The notes beneath the pieces are model-generated. The model was not told the DNA's origin and ran no database searches. It saw nothing but the letters and a program-made list of their open reading frames with translations. From the NCBI RefSeq assembly GCF_009914755.1, contig NC_060947.1: a DNA stretch of 64,000 nt. One strand, given 5' to 3'. Every line of letters begins with the position of its first letter. Within the stretch, counting starts at the first letter, position 1. The position numbers and the translations under genes were made by a program. This DNA comes from the human T2T-CHM13v2.0 reference genome, Homo sapiens. This document shows, one piece after another, positions 1 through 59,469 of the stretch.

Positions 1-1296
1 CAACAGCAATATATATCACAACAGTGAAGAGAAATAAGTAAAATTATTTCAAGTAAACTAAATTAGAAGGTTTTCCATGAACTGGGCAACTGTTGACACC
101 AAGCTGATATGGGGTTGCTAGATGATTCCATTAGGTGCCCAGGATTAGAATATTGATCCAGATTTTTACATTACCCAACCCTCTTGTTTCTTCTGAGTAG
201 CAGCCAGAGATCACTGGTTCATTCATCGGGATAAGCAGGGTTAGCCTAAATTGCAGAAACAAACTTAAACAAAACTAATGAGGCTATAATTTAATAACAA
301 GTGTACCATAGTACTTGAAACATAATATTTCTCTTTCCAGTTTCTCATTTTTGGTAAAAACAAATTATGGTAAGACTGAGGTGCTTTATTATACAAGGCC
401 TGATTATTTGTCTAAAGTGCAGCAAGAATAATAATTTTTCACAAAGACTTTTTAACTGGCTTTGATGGGACTCTGTTCCATAGAAAAAATCTTAGATAAG
501 ACTTTTTTTAGAGACAAGTCCTGCCATGGCTTTGAGTCCTTAAATACCTATGAGTTGAGTAAATTCTTCTCATCTTCATGTTACAGGATAACTTGGGGCC
601 TCTGGGCTTCTGAGAAAGTGACACTCTTTACTTACTATAGGTCAGAAACCCTGTACAGGGACTCCTAAAATGCAGCATATGAGGCCAGTTCCCCAAGGGG
701 TTTTTATTGGTTCTACAAGTCAAAATTGATTTCTTAAAGGAAAGCAGACCATTCCAGTCAAAGCCTTTGCAAAAATAAGCAGTTTCTCCAATTGTGTTCA
801 TTACAAATGAAAACAGATTTCTATTGCACTTATGCAAATAACTATATTGCCATAAATTAAGAATACTCACAAATAGTTTCCAAGTTGTGGAGAAATTAGG
901 TAGAGAGAAACAAAATGTTCCAATTTTTTTTTACAGGAATACTTTACTCAATTGCTTAAAGTTGTAAATAGCTGAAAATAAGTTTTCTTGACTCTGAAAA
1001 ACAAAACAAAGAACCAGCAACATTTTAAGCACAGTTAAAAACTTCCTCAGTTTAGTCCATGCAGTTAATTTCTGTTTGATATTCATGAATATTTCAGCTT
1101 TCCATGAGAGTCCTGAAAGTTTTTTCCTCTATTCTAATGTCACAATTTCCAAAATTATCAGAAACCTGCATTTAAGAACACCTGTTAGAGTTCTATAGCT
1201 GACTATAAACCACCTTCTAAAGAGGACCAAAACAAGACAATCATTTGTGGATGACAAAATGTCTTAATACAGCCACAGTTAAAAACACGATTCACA

Positions 1297-7778
<6,482 letters not shown>

Positions 7779-8050
7779 AATAACACAATTCACAAAGAAA
7801 TTTGATTACCTCTGTGATGTAAAATGATTTTATGTAACAAATATAATTATTAATAACATATACAAAGTCATATCAGAATTATAGTTATCCATAATTTTAT
7901 AACATATGTCAAAAACACATTTATAGAATTACAGCTCAAAGAAAGCCAAATACCATTTCATATTTGACAATGCTTCCTGTATAAGTTTTACACAAAATAA
8001 GCCAAATGTCACTATTGCATTAGTGCATTATTGATGTCAAACCCAGTTTT

Positions 8051-8378
8051 ATTTTATTTTATTTTATTTTACTTTATATTGTTTTTTAACATACTTTAAG
8101 TTCTGGGATACATGTGCAGAAGATGCAGGTTTGTTACATAGGTATATATATGCCATGGTGCTTTGCTGCACCCATCAACCTGTCATCTAGGTTTTAAGCC
8201 CTGCGAGCATTATGTATTTGTCCTAATCCTAGCCCTTCCCTTGCCTCCCACCCCCTGACAGACCCTGGTATGTTATGTTTCCTTCCCTGTGTCCATTGTC
8301 ATTTTTCAACTCCCACTTATGAGTGAGAATATTTGGTGTTTGGTTTTCTTTTCCTGTGTTAGTTTGCTGAGAATGATG
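8051..8378 (-). mobile_element. 5'-truncated L1PA 3' end
   Basis: (TTTTA)n tail then reverse-complement L1 3'UTR; TSD-like caaacccagtttt 8038 / caaacccaattctt 8379. Confidence 0.9.
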
Positions 8379-11096
8379 CAAACCCAATTCTTAATAAAAC
8401 TTTATAGACAAATATAATCAATCTTAATCAGTTTGACCATAAGGTAAGATTTTCAGAAACCTTTTAATACCCTTTTCAAATTTTTGTTTAAGAGCAGATC
8501 ATAAGCATGTTTTTGCTCTAAGAAAAACCTGTTGTGCTTTTATTCCAATGCTAAATTTACAGAAAAACTGAATAATACTCCTTTAATTTTAGGCAATGTC
8601 CACATACAGAATCTCTTTTACAAATAGTTTTTCACAAACCTTCCACAACTTGCTTAAACCTTTAGCTTTATCATAATGTAAAACAATCCTTTAACCCTTT
8701 TGGCAAAAAAAAAAAAATCCACATTTCCATGACTTTTTATATATATATATATATTTTTTTTTTACCAAAAACACAATTCACTTTCCTTACAAGCCTTACA
8801 TGTAGAACTGTTTCTTTAATAGTCTTAATTACATGTTACAGTGTTAACTTTTGGCAATTTTTACTTTCGATGAAAACCTTGGTAAGTTTAGGATTTTAAT
8901 TATGTACTAGATGTGGAGCCTAGGACTCAGATAGAAGTGCAGATAAGGTATGACTCTTTCTAGTCTCTAACTTCATGTGTCCCAGGCCTTACCTAGCTGT
9001 AAAACAGGCAAGTTGTACAGTTAAGAGTCATAGTGGCATTTTATGAAGTATTTAGGAGGGCTAATCACCTTTAAATTGCACATTTCTTGCATAAATTCCC
9101 TTTGCAAATTCTTTCATGACTTATACAGACCATCTATGACATGCTTGGACTTTCTGACTTGTCCTAAACATTGCTCTTGTTAAACAACTATTCGTTTTAC
9201 TTTAGGACAAGAATTTACCATACAACATCCTTTGTTTTATAAAATGTCTTTTCTTTATAATTTTCTTTGCATAGCTAGGGAGCATGCCTAATTCAACTTG
9301 TCCCCAGGCCTTATCTAGAATCTAATGTCCAAGTTAGGTAAATTGAACAATTTTCAAAAGTCAAAGAAGCAGTTTATGGACTTAAAGCATTTAGCAAACT
9401 TAATGTCTAACCTGCTTAATTTAGACCAAATGCTTACATTTTTGAAGATATTTTTATTTTACCAATAATATTTAGAAAGGTCTTTATTTCCCAAAGATTA
9501 AGTCACATGAACTAAATAAAAGGCATTACACTTTTACTTTTCTGACAAAATATTTAATTTAAGCTCTTATTATTATTAAACCAATTAATTAATGCTCTTT
9601 TATATTACACACACATAACACATATAATTATACAGACAGACAGAAGATAAAGGACTCATTCTGCAAGCCAGGAATTAAAACCTGAACCTGGGCTACTATT
9701 GTAAAAAGAGAAAGCATGGCCACGTGGTTATAATGTCAAGCTTCCAAGGACATAAAAGGCAAGAGGGAAACCTCATCCAGTTTTTTTTCAGGGAACTGCA
9801 GCAAAGTTTGTAACCAGTTTTCTGGGCCATCTTGAATAGTGGGCTCTGGGGTCCTAGGGCCATGTTCCATCCTAAGGTACTCCTCTTTTATGACAGAACA
9901 ATACAGAAAGACATACAAAGAATGCCAGATTTGCTACAGCTTAAGACTAGCCTCACAAATCCTCATAAATCCTTTTTATCCATTAATCAAACATTACACA
10001 GGAAATAAACAGTTATTTTTACCATTCTTTCAACTGGTTTGCACGGGGGAGCGGGGGGAGAGAGAGAGAGACCAGAAGTCTGACTCATAAGAAATTCTTG
10101 CTCTTTTGCCAGCATGCCAGGCTTCTGGGTTTCCTTTCCCTGATTCAACCTAGTGACCCGGCTTCCTGCACCATAGCCCTGGGGGCCAAGCTGCAACACT
10201 AAGGAAAATTATCATTTTCTGTTCTGGCCAGAGCAAAATACATATGACAAAACATAGACATTAGCCACTGTGCAATATCAAACTGGCAAGGCCCAAACTT
10301 GCCCCTGGTTGGGCCCCATTATCATTAATCCAACCTCTGACCAGGAGTTTCAACTTGTGGTCTCTGGGCAAGATGGTCACCCTGAGTAATAGAAAAGATA
10401 GGAAAGAGAAGGGAGAGAAAGAAAAGCATTGCCTGTGGCAGGGTGGGGAAGGTGAAGAACTCAGGGAGGTAAAGCAAAAGACCCACCCCCTGCAGCCACA
10501 CTGAATCAAAAGTTCAGATGGGCGCTTTTCAGTTGTGAAGGCATATTTTCCAGCAGTCCCATCAGCTCTCAACTTTCTCGTTTTTGGGGAGAAAAAAGCC
10601 CCCCATATCCCACTATCCTGTACATGCCTAATCCTGTCACCCACAGCAAAGGGTGCAAGGCAGATTATTCCAAAGATAATAGCAGTTAACATCCTGTAGT
10701 GCCAAACTCATTCTTAGCCAAAAGGGAATTTACTGAGAGGAGCCTCTAACCCCCTAAGTCTTAGAAGGGAACCTAATTTTCCTAAGTTGGGCCTCTAACC
10801 CAAGGTTGGTCAAGTGTCCTTGCCTTTTATTAAGAGGGGCCTCTAACCCACTCTGTCTTATGAGAGACTTTAACTCCTCTAAATTGGGCCTCTAACCCAA
10901 TCGCGTCCTTTACCTGGGTACCCCACCACTTACCCAAAATGGGACAATCAGTGCTGCAGTTTATTTCCTTTTGGTCGGGTTGTTTCTTCAGTATTGTCCC
11001 TTCGAGGTTTGTCAAAAAGATGTTACTAGACCCCACCACTTACCCAAAGTTAGTCTTTGGGTTAGGTGTTTCTGCAGTATAGTCCCTTTGGTGGTT

Positions 11097-11587
11097 GTAA
11101 GAAAAAATTCAGGACAAGTCCATAAAGTGAAAGCAAGATATTAGGAAAGTAAAGTAATAAAAGAACGGCTACTCCATAGACAGAGCAGTCCCAAGGGGCA
11201 CTGGTTGCCCATTTTTATGGTTATTTCTTGATGATATGCTAAACAAGGGGTGGATTATTCATGCATCCCCTGTTTAGACCTTATAGAGTAACTTCCTGAC
11301 ATTGCCATGCCATTTGTAAACTGTCATGGTGCTGGTTGGTGTAGCAGTGAGGGCAACCAGAGGTCACTCTCGTCACCATCTTTGTTTTGGTGAGTTTTAA
11401 CCGGCTTCTTTAATGCCACCTGTTTTATCAGCAAGGTCTTTATGACCTGTATCTTGTGCTGACCTTGTATCTCATCCTGTAACTTAGAATGCCTTAATTG
11501 TCTGGGAATGCAGCCCAGCAGGTCTCAGCCTTATTCTACCCAGCCCCTACTAAAGATGGAGTTGCTCTGGTTCAAATACCTCTGACA
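11097..11587 (-). mobile_element. MER41A-type LTR
   Basis: Reverse complement begins TGTCAGAGGTATTTGAACCAGAGCAACTCCATCTT; lacks the tandem GAS insert of MER41B. Confidence 0.88.
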
Positions 11588-11589
11588 GT

Positions 11590-11842
11590 TCAGGTTTTTC
11601 TACCTAGGTAATGGCTCCCATGGAGGCTTCTGCTCATGGAATTTTGGTCTGGAAACTTGTCATTATCTGTATTTGCCTCTCTCCCCAATTCTGGCAGCAG
11701 CTGTGTGTCCTGTGGCCTCACTTCTCTAAAGGAATTAAGACTAATTGTTGATTTTTCAGTTTGTTCAGTTTTTTACTTATTGTTAACATGGAGTGGTGAC
11801 TTTTAAGCTCCTTATATGTAGGATTGGAAACTGAAAGTCCCC
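11590..11842 (-). mobile_element. Old L1M 5'-end fragment
   Basis: gttgatttttcagtttgttcag...ggaaactgaaagtcc resembles the reverse complement of L1MC/MD 5' ends. Confidence 0.45.
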
Positions 11843-12574
11843 ACATTAAGTTTTCATCAATCAAGTCGTTAAATCTTGTTAAATAGAACATTTTGTGATA
11901 TTTTAAGCCATGATGTGGGAATGGGGAGAAAAGAGCTGCTAGCAGTATGTAGGAGTAAACTTAAGGAGCTCTGGGAAGTAGCAGTGAGCTATGGAAAAAG
12001 AGGAAGAAGGGAAAGGTGGAGGAGGAGAAGGGCAGGCAACTTATGAGTGACAGTTTGAGTATTGGAGACTCAGGAGTATGTTTGCAGATACAGGTAACTA
12101 GATTGAATTTAGGGCATAAAATGAAACTTATTAAAGGATTTGTTGGGGGCCTGTATTACTTTTTCTTGCTGAGATGGATGGTTAAAAAAATATATGTGTT
12201 GGGATCTAGACAAAGGGAATGCTGATGTTTGTGTGAGTATAGTGGAGCTGAGGTGTTAAGACAGAAGCATCTGACAGGCAGTGGAACCTGAAATAGAGTG
12301 ATGTTTGTATCCCTGCTGTCCAACACAGTTCCTGGCACCGAAAGGCTGCTCAATAAACATTTGTTGAATGAATGTGTGAGTAATAGAGCTTAGTTCACAC
12401 TTTCTGAAAAGAACCTATAATTAAATGTTTAAAAATTAATTCAACAAAAATAAAAAGTGACCTCCGCTTCCTATGTATGTAAGGGTTTTTTTTTTTTTAA
12501 GAATAAAAATGTGAAAAATAAGCAGCCAAAGGTACCTGGGTAGAAACCAGAATCTGAACTGCTGGACTATATAG

Positions 12575-13165
12575 TGTCAACAAAGAGTCAAACTCTGGAA
12601 AACATTTGATGAGATTTATTCTGAGCCAAATAGGAGTGACCATGGCCTGTGATACAGTCCTCAGGAGATCCTGAAAACAAGTGCCCAAGGTGGCTGCGGT
12701 GCAGCTTGGTTTTATACATTTTAGGGAGACAAGGGACTTCAGTCAAATACATGTAAGAAATATATGGGTTTGGCCCAGAAAGGTGGGACAACTCGGAGTG
12801 GGGGTGGGAGGGGGGCTTCCAGCTTATAGGTAGATTGAAAAAATTTCTGGTTGACAATTGGTTGAGTTTAAAGACCTAGGATCAATAGAAAGGAATGTTT
12901 GGGTTAAGATAAGAGGTTGTGGAGACTAAAGTTTAATCATGCAGGAAGCCTGCAGGTTCAGAAAGAATAGAATGTAAATGCTTCTTATCAGATTTAAAGG
13001 TCTGTGTTGATGTTAAAGCTGGAGAAATATAATGAGGCATGTTTGACCCCTACTTCCTGTCATGGCCAGAAAGTCACTCAGGATACATTTTTAAAGAGTG
13101 CCCTGGCCGAGGAGAAAGCACATTCAAATGGTTGAGGAACCTTGGTATTTTATTTTTGATTTACA
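12575..13165 (-). mobile_element. MER4-family solo LTR
   Basis: TG...CA termini, perfect 4-bp TSD ATAG (12571-74 / 13166-69), MER4-like gagatttattctgagccaaat. Confidence 0.85.
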
Positions 13166-13229
13166 ATAGGAATGCACTGCACATTGGCCCTATTCACCAT
13201 TATTTGGAATCTATGCTTATTTGATTTAG

Positions 13230-13420
13230 TTTCTCAATCCTTTTCCACTACCTTTCTTCCATTCCCTTCCTTCTACCCCTCTTCCTCCTTTTTCCTCTTC
13301 TCCTTACCCCTCTATTCCTTCCCTCTTTCCCATCTCCCCACTTCTCCCCCTTTTCTTCTTCATCCCTCCCCTCCCCTTCTTTATCTGTTTCTTCCTCTTC
13401 TTACTTCTTGCCTCTTGGCA
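13230..13420. repeat. CT-rich low-complexity tract
   Basis: Almost purely pyrimidine on the + strand. Confidence 0.85.
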
Positions 13421-13611
13421 CTTTGAGGCAACTATCAGCAGTTCCTTATGAAGCTTGTGAGGTAGTGAATGTGGGTAGAGAAATATAGCTCGTGAGTTGC
13501 TATAGGCCAGATCTTGAAGGTCCTTGTATTGACACACTTTTTCCTTAAGTTATGGGAGGATTTTAAAGTAGAGAAGTAGTCTCCTCCGATTTGTGGTTTA
13601 AAAGATTACTC

Positions 13612-13835
13612 AAGTTGAGGTTGCAGTGAGCCATGATTGTGCCACTGTACTCCAGCTTGGGTCAGAGAGCAAAACCCTGTCTCAAAAACAACAAGAACAA
13701 CAACAACTACAACGACGATAAAAAGAAATTTGATCGCACCTGTAATCCCAGCACCTTGGGAGGCCAAGGTGGGCAGATCCCTTGAGGCCAGGAGTTTGAG
13801 TCTGGCAACAAAGTGAGACCCAGTCTCAACAAAAA
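13612..13835 (+). mobile_element. Two Alu fragments (3' end with CAA-rich tail; partial left arm)
   Basis: gaggttgcagtgagccatgattgtgccactg; cctgtaatcccagcaccttgggaggcc. Confidence 0.8.
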
Positions 13836-13942
13836 CTAGTTAATTAATTAATTAAAATAAAGGATCACTTGAGCAGCTTTTAGAGAGGATGGATGGTTTG
13901 AAGGAGGGGGAAAAGGATACCAGCAGCAACAGGGAGACAGTA

Positions 13943-14225
13943 TTTTTTTTTTGCTTGCTTTGTCGCCCAGGTTGGAGTGCAGTGGTGCGATCTTGGCTCA
14001 CTGCAACCTCCGCCTCCTGAGTTCAAGCAATTCTCCTGCCTCAGCCTCCCGAGTAGCTGGGATTATAGGCGCGTGCCACCACACCTGGCTAATTTTTGTA
14101 GTTTTAGTACAGATGAGGTTTCACTATGTTGGCCAGGCTGGTATCGAACTCCTGACCTCAGGTGATTCGCCCACTTTGGCCTCCCAAAGTGCTGGGATTA
14201 CAGGTGTAAGCCACTGCACCTGGCC
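13943..14225 (-). mobile_element. AluS
   Basis: Dimeric Alu reverse complement; TSD gagacagta 13934 / 14226. Confidence 0.95.
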
Positions 14226-14800
14226 GAGACAGTACATTTTTATAAAAGAGTGGTTTAAGGGGCCAATTTGGCTGGTGAAGCCCGGGGGCAGTAGGTGTTG
14301 GAAGACATATTTGAAAGCTGCCTTTAGAAAGCAAGCACATATTAATTACGTCAAATGTTTTGGGGGATGAGATGACTAATGAAGATCAACTCACTCACTC
14401 CCAACCCCTTTGGAGCTGCCACTGTGGGAAAATCACTTAGTAGGCTATTGTGGATATCTAGGCCAGAGATTATGATAGCTGGAACAAAAAGAGTGGCAGT
14501 AAGAATAAGAGCAGGCAGGTAGTAGAAAATAGACTGATCATGACCTGGTCTCATTGACACGTATGGAGGGCAGTGAATCTAAGGTGACTTCCTGGTTTGG
14601 GACTCAGGATCTTTCATCAGACAAGGAAAGCCAGAATGGAAGCTTGTTTGGGGGTAGTTGGTTGGAAGGAGACAAAAGATTAGCTAGTGATAGAGCGAAG
14701 GATCACTAATCAGAGTAGAATAACTTTTTTCTTGAGGCAAGGCAGTTGTGGAGAAAAGGAATCACACAGGACCTCAAGTGGAAAGTGTGGGAGCAGACAG

Positions 14801-15835
14801 TGTAACTGCCCAACGGGTTCACCTTGCCTGCTGCCTAGACAGAGCTGATTTATCAAGACAGGGGAATTGCAATGGAGAAAGAGTAATTCATGCAGAGCCA
14901 GCTGTGGGTGAGACTGCAGTTTTATTACTCAAATCAGTTTCGGGGGATTGAAATTTTTAACAATAATTTGGTGGGTAGGGGCTTGGGAAGTGGGGAGTGT
15001 TGACTGGTCAAGTTGGATATGGAATCATAGGGGGCTCTAAGTGAGTTTTTCTTGCTATCTTCTGTTCCTGGGTGGGATCGCAGAACTGGCTGGGCCAGAT
15101 TACTGGTCTGGGTGCTGTAAGTGAAACGAGGGAAGTTCCCCTATCCCCCTTGCAGGGCATGCCACAGCGGGAGTGGCTCACTGCTTCACAACCTCTAGGG
15201 GGAGCATGCAGAGGGGCAGGCTGTGGGGCTCCGACCCCATGGCAACCTCTAGGGGTGAATATAACATTTGGGTGGGAAGGCAGGAGTGCCTATCCTCACC
15301 TAGGTCCATGGGCACAGGCCCCAGGGTGGAGCCCTAGCCACGGACCCGCCTTTCTCTGCCCAGCACTTTCCTGCCCCGCTCCTGTATCATAAGCTGGTGC
15401 ATCTGAATGCAGGGTCTGCAAAACATATCAAACAGTGATCTTAGGTTTTAAAACAGTGATGTTATTCCTGGGAGCAATTTGGGGAGGTTCAGACTCTTGC
15501 AGCTGGAGGCTGCATGGCCCCTGAATTGTAATTTCTAATCTTGTAATCTTGTGGCTAATTTGTTAGTCCTGCAAAGGCCGACTGGTTCCCAGGTAAGAAG
15601 GTTTTTTTGTTTTTTTGTTTTTTTTTAGTGGGGGGCAGCGGGAGGGAGAAAGGGCTATTATCAATTTTGTATCAGAGTTAAACTATAAACTAAATTCCTT
15701 CCCAAGGTTAGTTCGGCCTACGCCCAGGAATGAACAAGGACACCTTAAAGGTTAGATGTAAGATGGAGTCGGTGAGGTCTGATCTCTTTCACTGTCATAA
15801 TTTCCTCAGTTACAGTTTTTGCAAAGGCAGTTTCA
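14801..15835 (-). mobile_element. LTR8-family solo LTR containing a nested LTR
   Basis: Reverse complement begins TGAAACTGCCTTTGCAAAAA; ends ..GGGCAGTTACA. Confidence 0.8.
15122..15389 (-). mobile_element. Internally deleted ERV1 LTR (LTR1/LTR28/MER52 group) nested in LTR8
   Basis: TG...CA termini with perfect 4-bp TSD TAAG (15118-21 / 15390-93); exact subfamily uncertain. Confidence 0.7.
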
Positions 15836-16261
15836 ATAATAGTACTCTGTTTCCTGCAGTTTCTCTTCCTTCCTTCCCTTTTTTTCTTATCAAAGTAATA
15901 TATGTACACACTTACGTGTAAATAATACATGTAGTATATCATATATTAATTATAAATAATATAATTAAACTACACATTTATTTAAAATAACATATTTATA
16001 ACATATTATTTAAGTATTAGTTGATTATATTAAATATAATTAAATGTCATATTAATCTTATTATTATATATCATTTATACATTATAGAAATATATATAGC
16101 ACAGAAGGGCTTCAGATAAAAAATAATAGTCCCCTGACATATCACGTCCTATCCCCTACCCCATTCTCCAGAAGGAACATCTTTGAACCCCTCTGGGCAT
16201 TTTTCCTGGTGTGCATATCCCTACCAGTAGTCTTTCTGTTCTCAATTCTAGACTTCACTTA

Positions 16262-16381
16262 TTTACAGATGGGGTCTCGCTATGTTGGCCAGGTTGGTCT
16301 TGAACTCCTGGCCTCAAGTGATCCTCCCTCCCCAGCCTCCCAAAGTGCTGGGATTAAAGGCATGACCCACCACTCCCAGCC
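16262..16381 (-). mobile_element. Alu monomer (FLAM-like)
   Basis: Left-arm reverse complement; flanking ctagactt repeat. Confidence 0.85.
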
Positions 16382-16719
16382 CTAGACTTTATTTATTGAC
16401 TTCTTACTATGGTACTTCCTTCACTTCCTGTTTTAAACAAGTGGGAAGATGAATGTGTGTGTTAAAATTCCTGATGAATCCCTGGTTTCAGCAATAACGA
16501 TAATTTATACAGTATTTGCTATGTGGAAGACACAGTTCTAAGCGCTTTGGATGTATTAATCATTTAATTACAAACTCGATTGCAAGAATTAACAATAAAA
16601 AGCAGGAAGGCAAAGACAATGCTCGGTCTTCCCAGTCAAAAACCATTACCGGTAACCAGCAGTAAAAAAGAGAAGCTCAGAGGCACTGAAATTGCAACCG
16701 GCTCCTTTAATTCTCCATA

Positions 16720-17420
16720 GCGGATGGGTGGGGCCAGGCCCACCCACATTAGAGAGGCTGAAGGCTCCCAGCGCCCTACCCCGCCCGAGGGGCGGAGCCT
16801 GAGCCAAGGCCACGTGATGATGACAGACGGCACTCTGGCTTTCCTGGAGCTGTCTCTATGGTATTCTTCCCAGCCCACCCGTCCCTTTGGTAGCGGCAGT
16901 CACGTGACAGACTCCGGGGTAAGGCAGATGCCCACGTGATCCTGGCCTGCAGTTGGGTGGCTGCGGTGAGATACCTGGGTTCCTGAAGGGCGGGTGGTTA
17001 GGTCGTAACTACTGCCCCCGCCGGCTGACTCTCCGAGCGGCCGGGCTCGGAAGCCACGAGCCAGCTGAGGCGTTCTCCGCTTAGTGCCTACGGCATGGGT
17101 CAGCTCTTTCTGCCACCTCCGCCTTCGCGGTCCTCACCTCTTTGCGGGTGAAGTTACCTTTGGGTTTCCAGACCTTGGGGGCCTGAGGCCCAAACTCGGG
17201 ACGAACCCCTAACCCACCTCTCTTTTCCTGTCATTCTCCAACTCTTACTTTGTACCACGGAATCACTTGGCCTTAAAGCTAGCCAGCTCGGCCGTGCCTT
17301 GAGGCCAGGTTCGAGAGATAAAGGTAACCGTGGGGAAAGCGGCCCCCCAGTGGACAAAGGCGGAGGCAAGAATAGAGCAGGCCTGAGGGCCATAGGCGAT
17401 GAGAATAGGCAGTTGAGGGG
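16720..17420 (+). promoter_or_regulatory. CpG-rich TATA-less promoter / 5'UTR of RRAGB
   Basis: Only non-repeat CpG-dense stretch in the window; back-to-back GC boxes CCCCGCCC 16779-16786 and GGGGCGGAGC 16789-16798; directly upstream of the ATG. Confidence 0.85.
16811..16938. promoter_or_regulatory. E-box cluster: CACGTG 16811, palindromic CLEAR element GTCACGTGAC 16899-16908, CACGTG 16933
   Basis: Motifs read directly from the sequence; GTCACGTGAC is the MiT/TFE and USF consensus. Confidence 0.75.
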
Positions 17421-17504
17421 TGAAAAAGAAAACAAACAAACAACAACAACAAACCCTGAAGAGTACTGAAGATTTAGAAGGGACTGGAAAGGACTTGTTG
17501 CGCA

Positions 17505-57521
<40,017 letters not shown>

Positions 57522-57930
57522 ACATTGATGAATATTGTTTCACACAAAAATTAAAAGTTTCCTAATTAATGTTGTATTCATATATGTAGGCTCTGAAATG
57601 TTGTGATGCTTATTGCTTCTGTATTTCTTCTCTACTCCCTAGTCTTAATGTTTAACCTTGAATGCTATTAACTTAAATAGCCATTGAGGAGTTAGAAGAT
57701 GAATTGTTCATGAAGTCGGTGTTACATAAAAGTAGGTGATATGTAAGTTTTCTGATAACAAGGTTCTAATAGTGTTTAAATGTACTGGTAACCTGGTTCC
57801 AATAGTTGTGTTTGCCCAAGCCTTTCTCGGCATCATCTTGTATTCCTTATCAGATAGTAAGTAACCTGTAAGTTTGGAGTATTACTGTTTTCTCAGCATG
57901 CATTAAAAATATTCCTTAACTTCAATTGTA

Positions 57931-57936
57931 AATAAA
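57931..57936 (+). terminator. RRAGB polyadenylation signal AATAAA (variant ATTAAA at 57902)
   Basis: About 410 nt after the stop, followed by a GU/U-rich tract (tggtgttag...tgtctatttttcttttcc). Confidence 0.8.
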
Positions 57937-59469
57937 CTTTTGGTGTTAGGGATTTCAGTGTCTATTTTTCTTTTCCTTGTTTCTTCAACTTTGTCCTAAG
58001 AAAGAGTAAAGGAATTTCACAGTTATCCTAGGTGAAGGGGACCTTCTGGTTGGGAAGGCACAAAATAAAATTGGATGGGAAGAATGTAGCCAGATTATGG
58101 CCTTAAAGCGAGGCAGAAGAATTCAGATATAAGACATCTAAATGCGATAGGATATAGGAAAGCATTGTGGGCCTTTGAGCAAGGGAATTATGTGAAAGCA
58201 ATTTTGAAAGAAAGTTAAGTTAGACCATATGTACTGACTGATAGCAGCTGGGGAAACTCTGGTAGTAATCCATGCCTGAAGTATATTTAAAGTCTATTCA
58301 GGATGCAACTGGAGAAGGAATGCATAAAAAGTGGAGGGAAAATAGGATTTATGAGGTCCAGGAGTGGTTAATTAGGTGTAATTCCATAACACCTAATGAG
58401 ATGCACCTTCATTATTCTATCAAGCAGTATTAAAACCTTTTTCAAGCTGGCAGTTGTCTTTAATTTTGTCCTCTAAGGAAAAAATGAAGCACTGTGAACT
58501 GTGAGAAACGGAGTTTGATAACACAAAGCCCTAACATTTTCAGTTTCCATTTGCAGGAAAAGAGAAGACAGAACCATTTAGGGAATCTATAGCACAGTAG
58601 ACAGTAGACTCATCTCATTTCTTCTTCTGCATGTCATTAAGGAACTTCTTCTAAACCACTGGTCTCTCACCTTTTCTCATCTTAGTTTAATAGTCCTAGT
58701 TGAGGGATAAGTAGAGTTTTCACTGAGCAGCAAAAAACATGTTTTTTTGCTACGTGACCTATGTTATGTAGACTAAAACTCTCAACTTGTAAAACAATTT
58801 TATGGGAATATTTCTATCAACAGCTGTGTTAATCTTCTGCAGAAGGAGAGATTTAAGTGTTCCAGAGTCTTTATCCTATTAGCATCTAGGAAAATGAAAA
58901 GAGTTCAGGAAGGTGAAGAGTCATTGAACAGGGGTGTATTCTGTGACTAGTAATGAGTCATTATTTGGCATGTTATTATTTTCAATATCTGGGGTGGGAT
59001 TTAGAAGTGGGATTCACTTCTAAATCAGACATTCACACTACTTGAATGTGTTCTTTATAAGGTGGATAGATATTGATACATATAGAGACATTAAATTAGA
59101 TGAGCCCAGAAAAATCATAAGGTTATGTCTTTATCCTATTTGCCCTTAGTTCATTCAGTCCTTGCTCAGATTATAGTTATAACTTGGACATAGATGTTTT
59201 GAAAGGTTAGACAAATGAGGTTCTGATTAGACTTAATCCTTCTTATGGTGATGGCCAGATAGCTGTCTTTGTCACTGAAGACAAAAGAGTTTTGAGATAT
59301 ATATTTATCCAAAGATGCAGTCACTTAGAAACAGAAGTGGAATCAGGTGGATGGTGAAGTCATGCACACAGAAACAGATGGAGAAAAGAAATCAAAATTA
59401 GAGATGAAATGATACAATGAAATAATGCTTTTTATAGGCCGTGTTACCTATGTCAGTAGGATAGGGGCC

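Noticed and set aside
11097-11587. MER41 as an interferon-gamma/STAT1-inducible enhancer
   Set aside because: This copy reads ...ggtctaaacaggggatgcatgaataatcc on the - strand, the MER41A form without the tandem TTCnnnGAA sites of MER41B.
13951-14370. Alu-derived ORFs here and at 19.7, 22.3-23.1, 33.1, 39.3 and 53.0 kb
   Set aside because: Typical Alu translation artefacts (e.g. [13 protein letters not shown]) with no exon support.
17008-17022. ZNF143-like ACTACnnnCCC motif
   Set aside because: Only a partial match (aactactgccccc), too weak to call.
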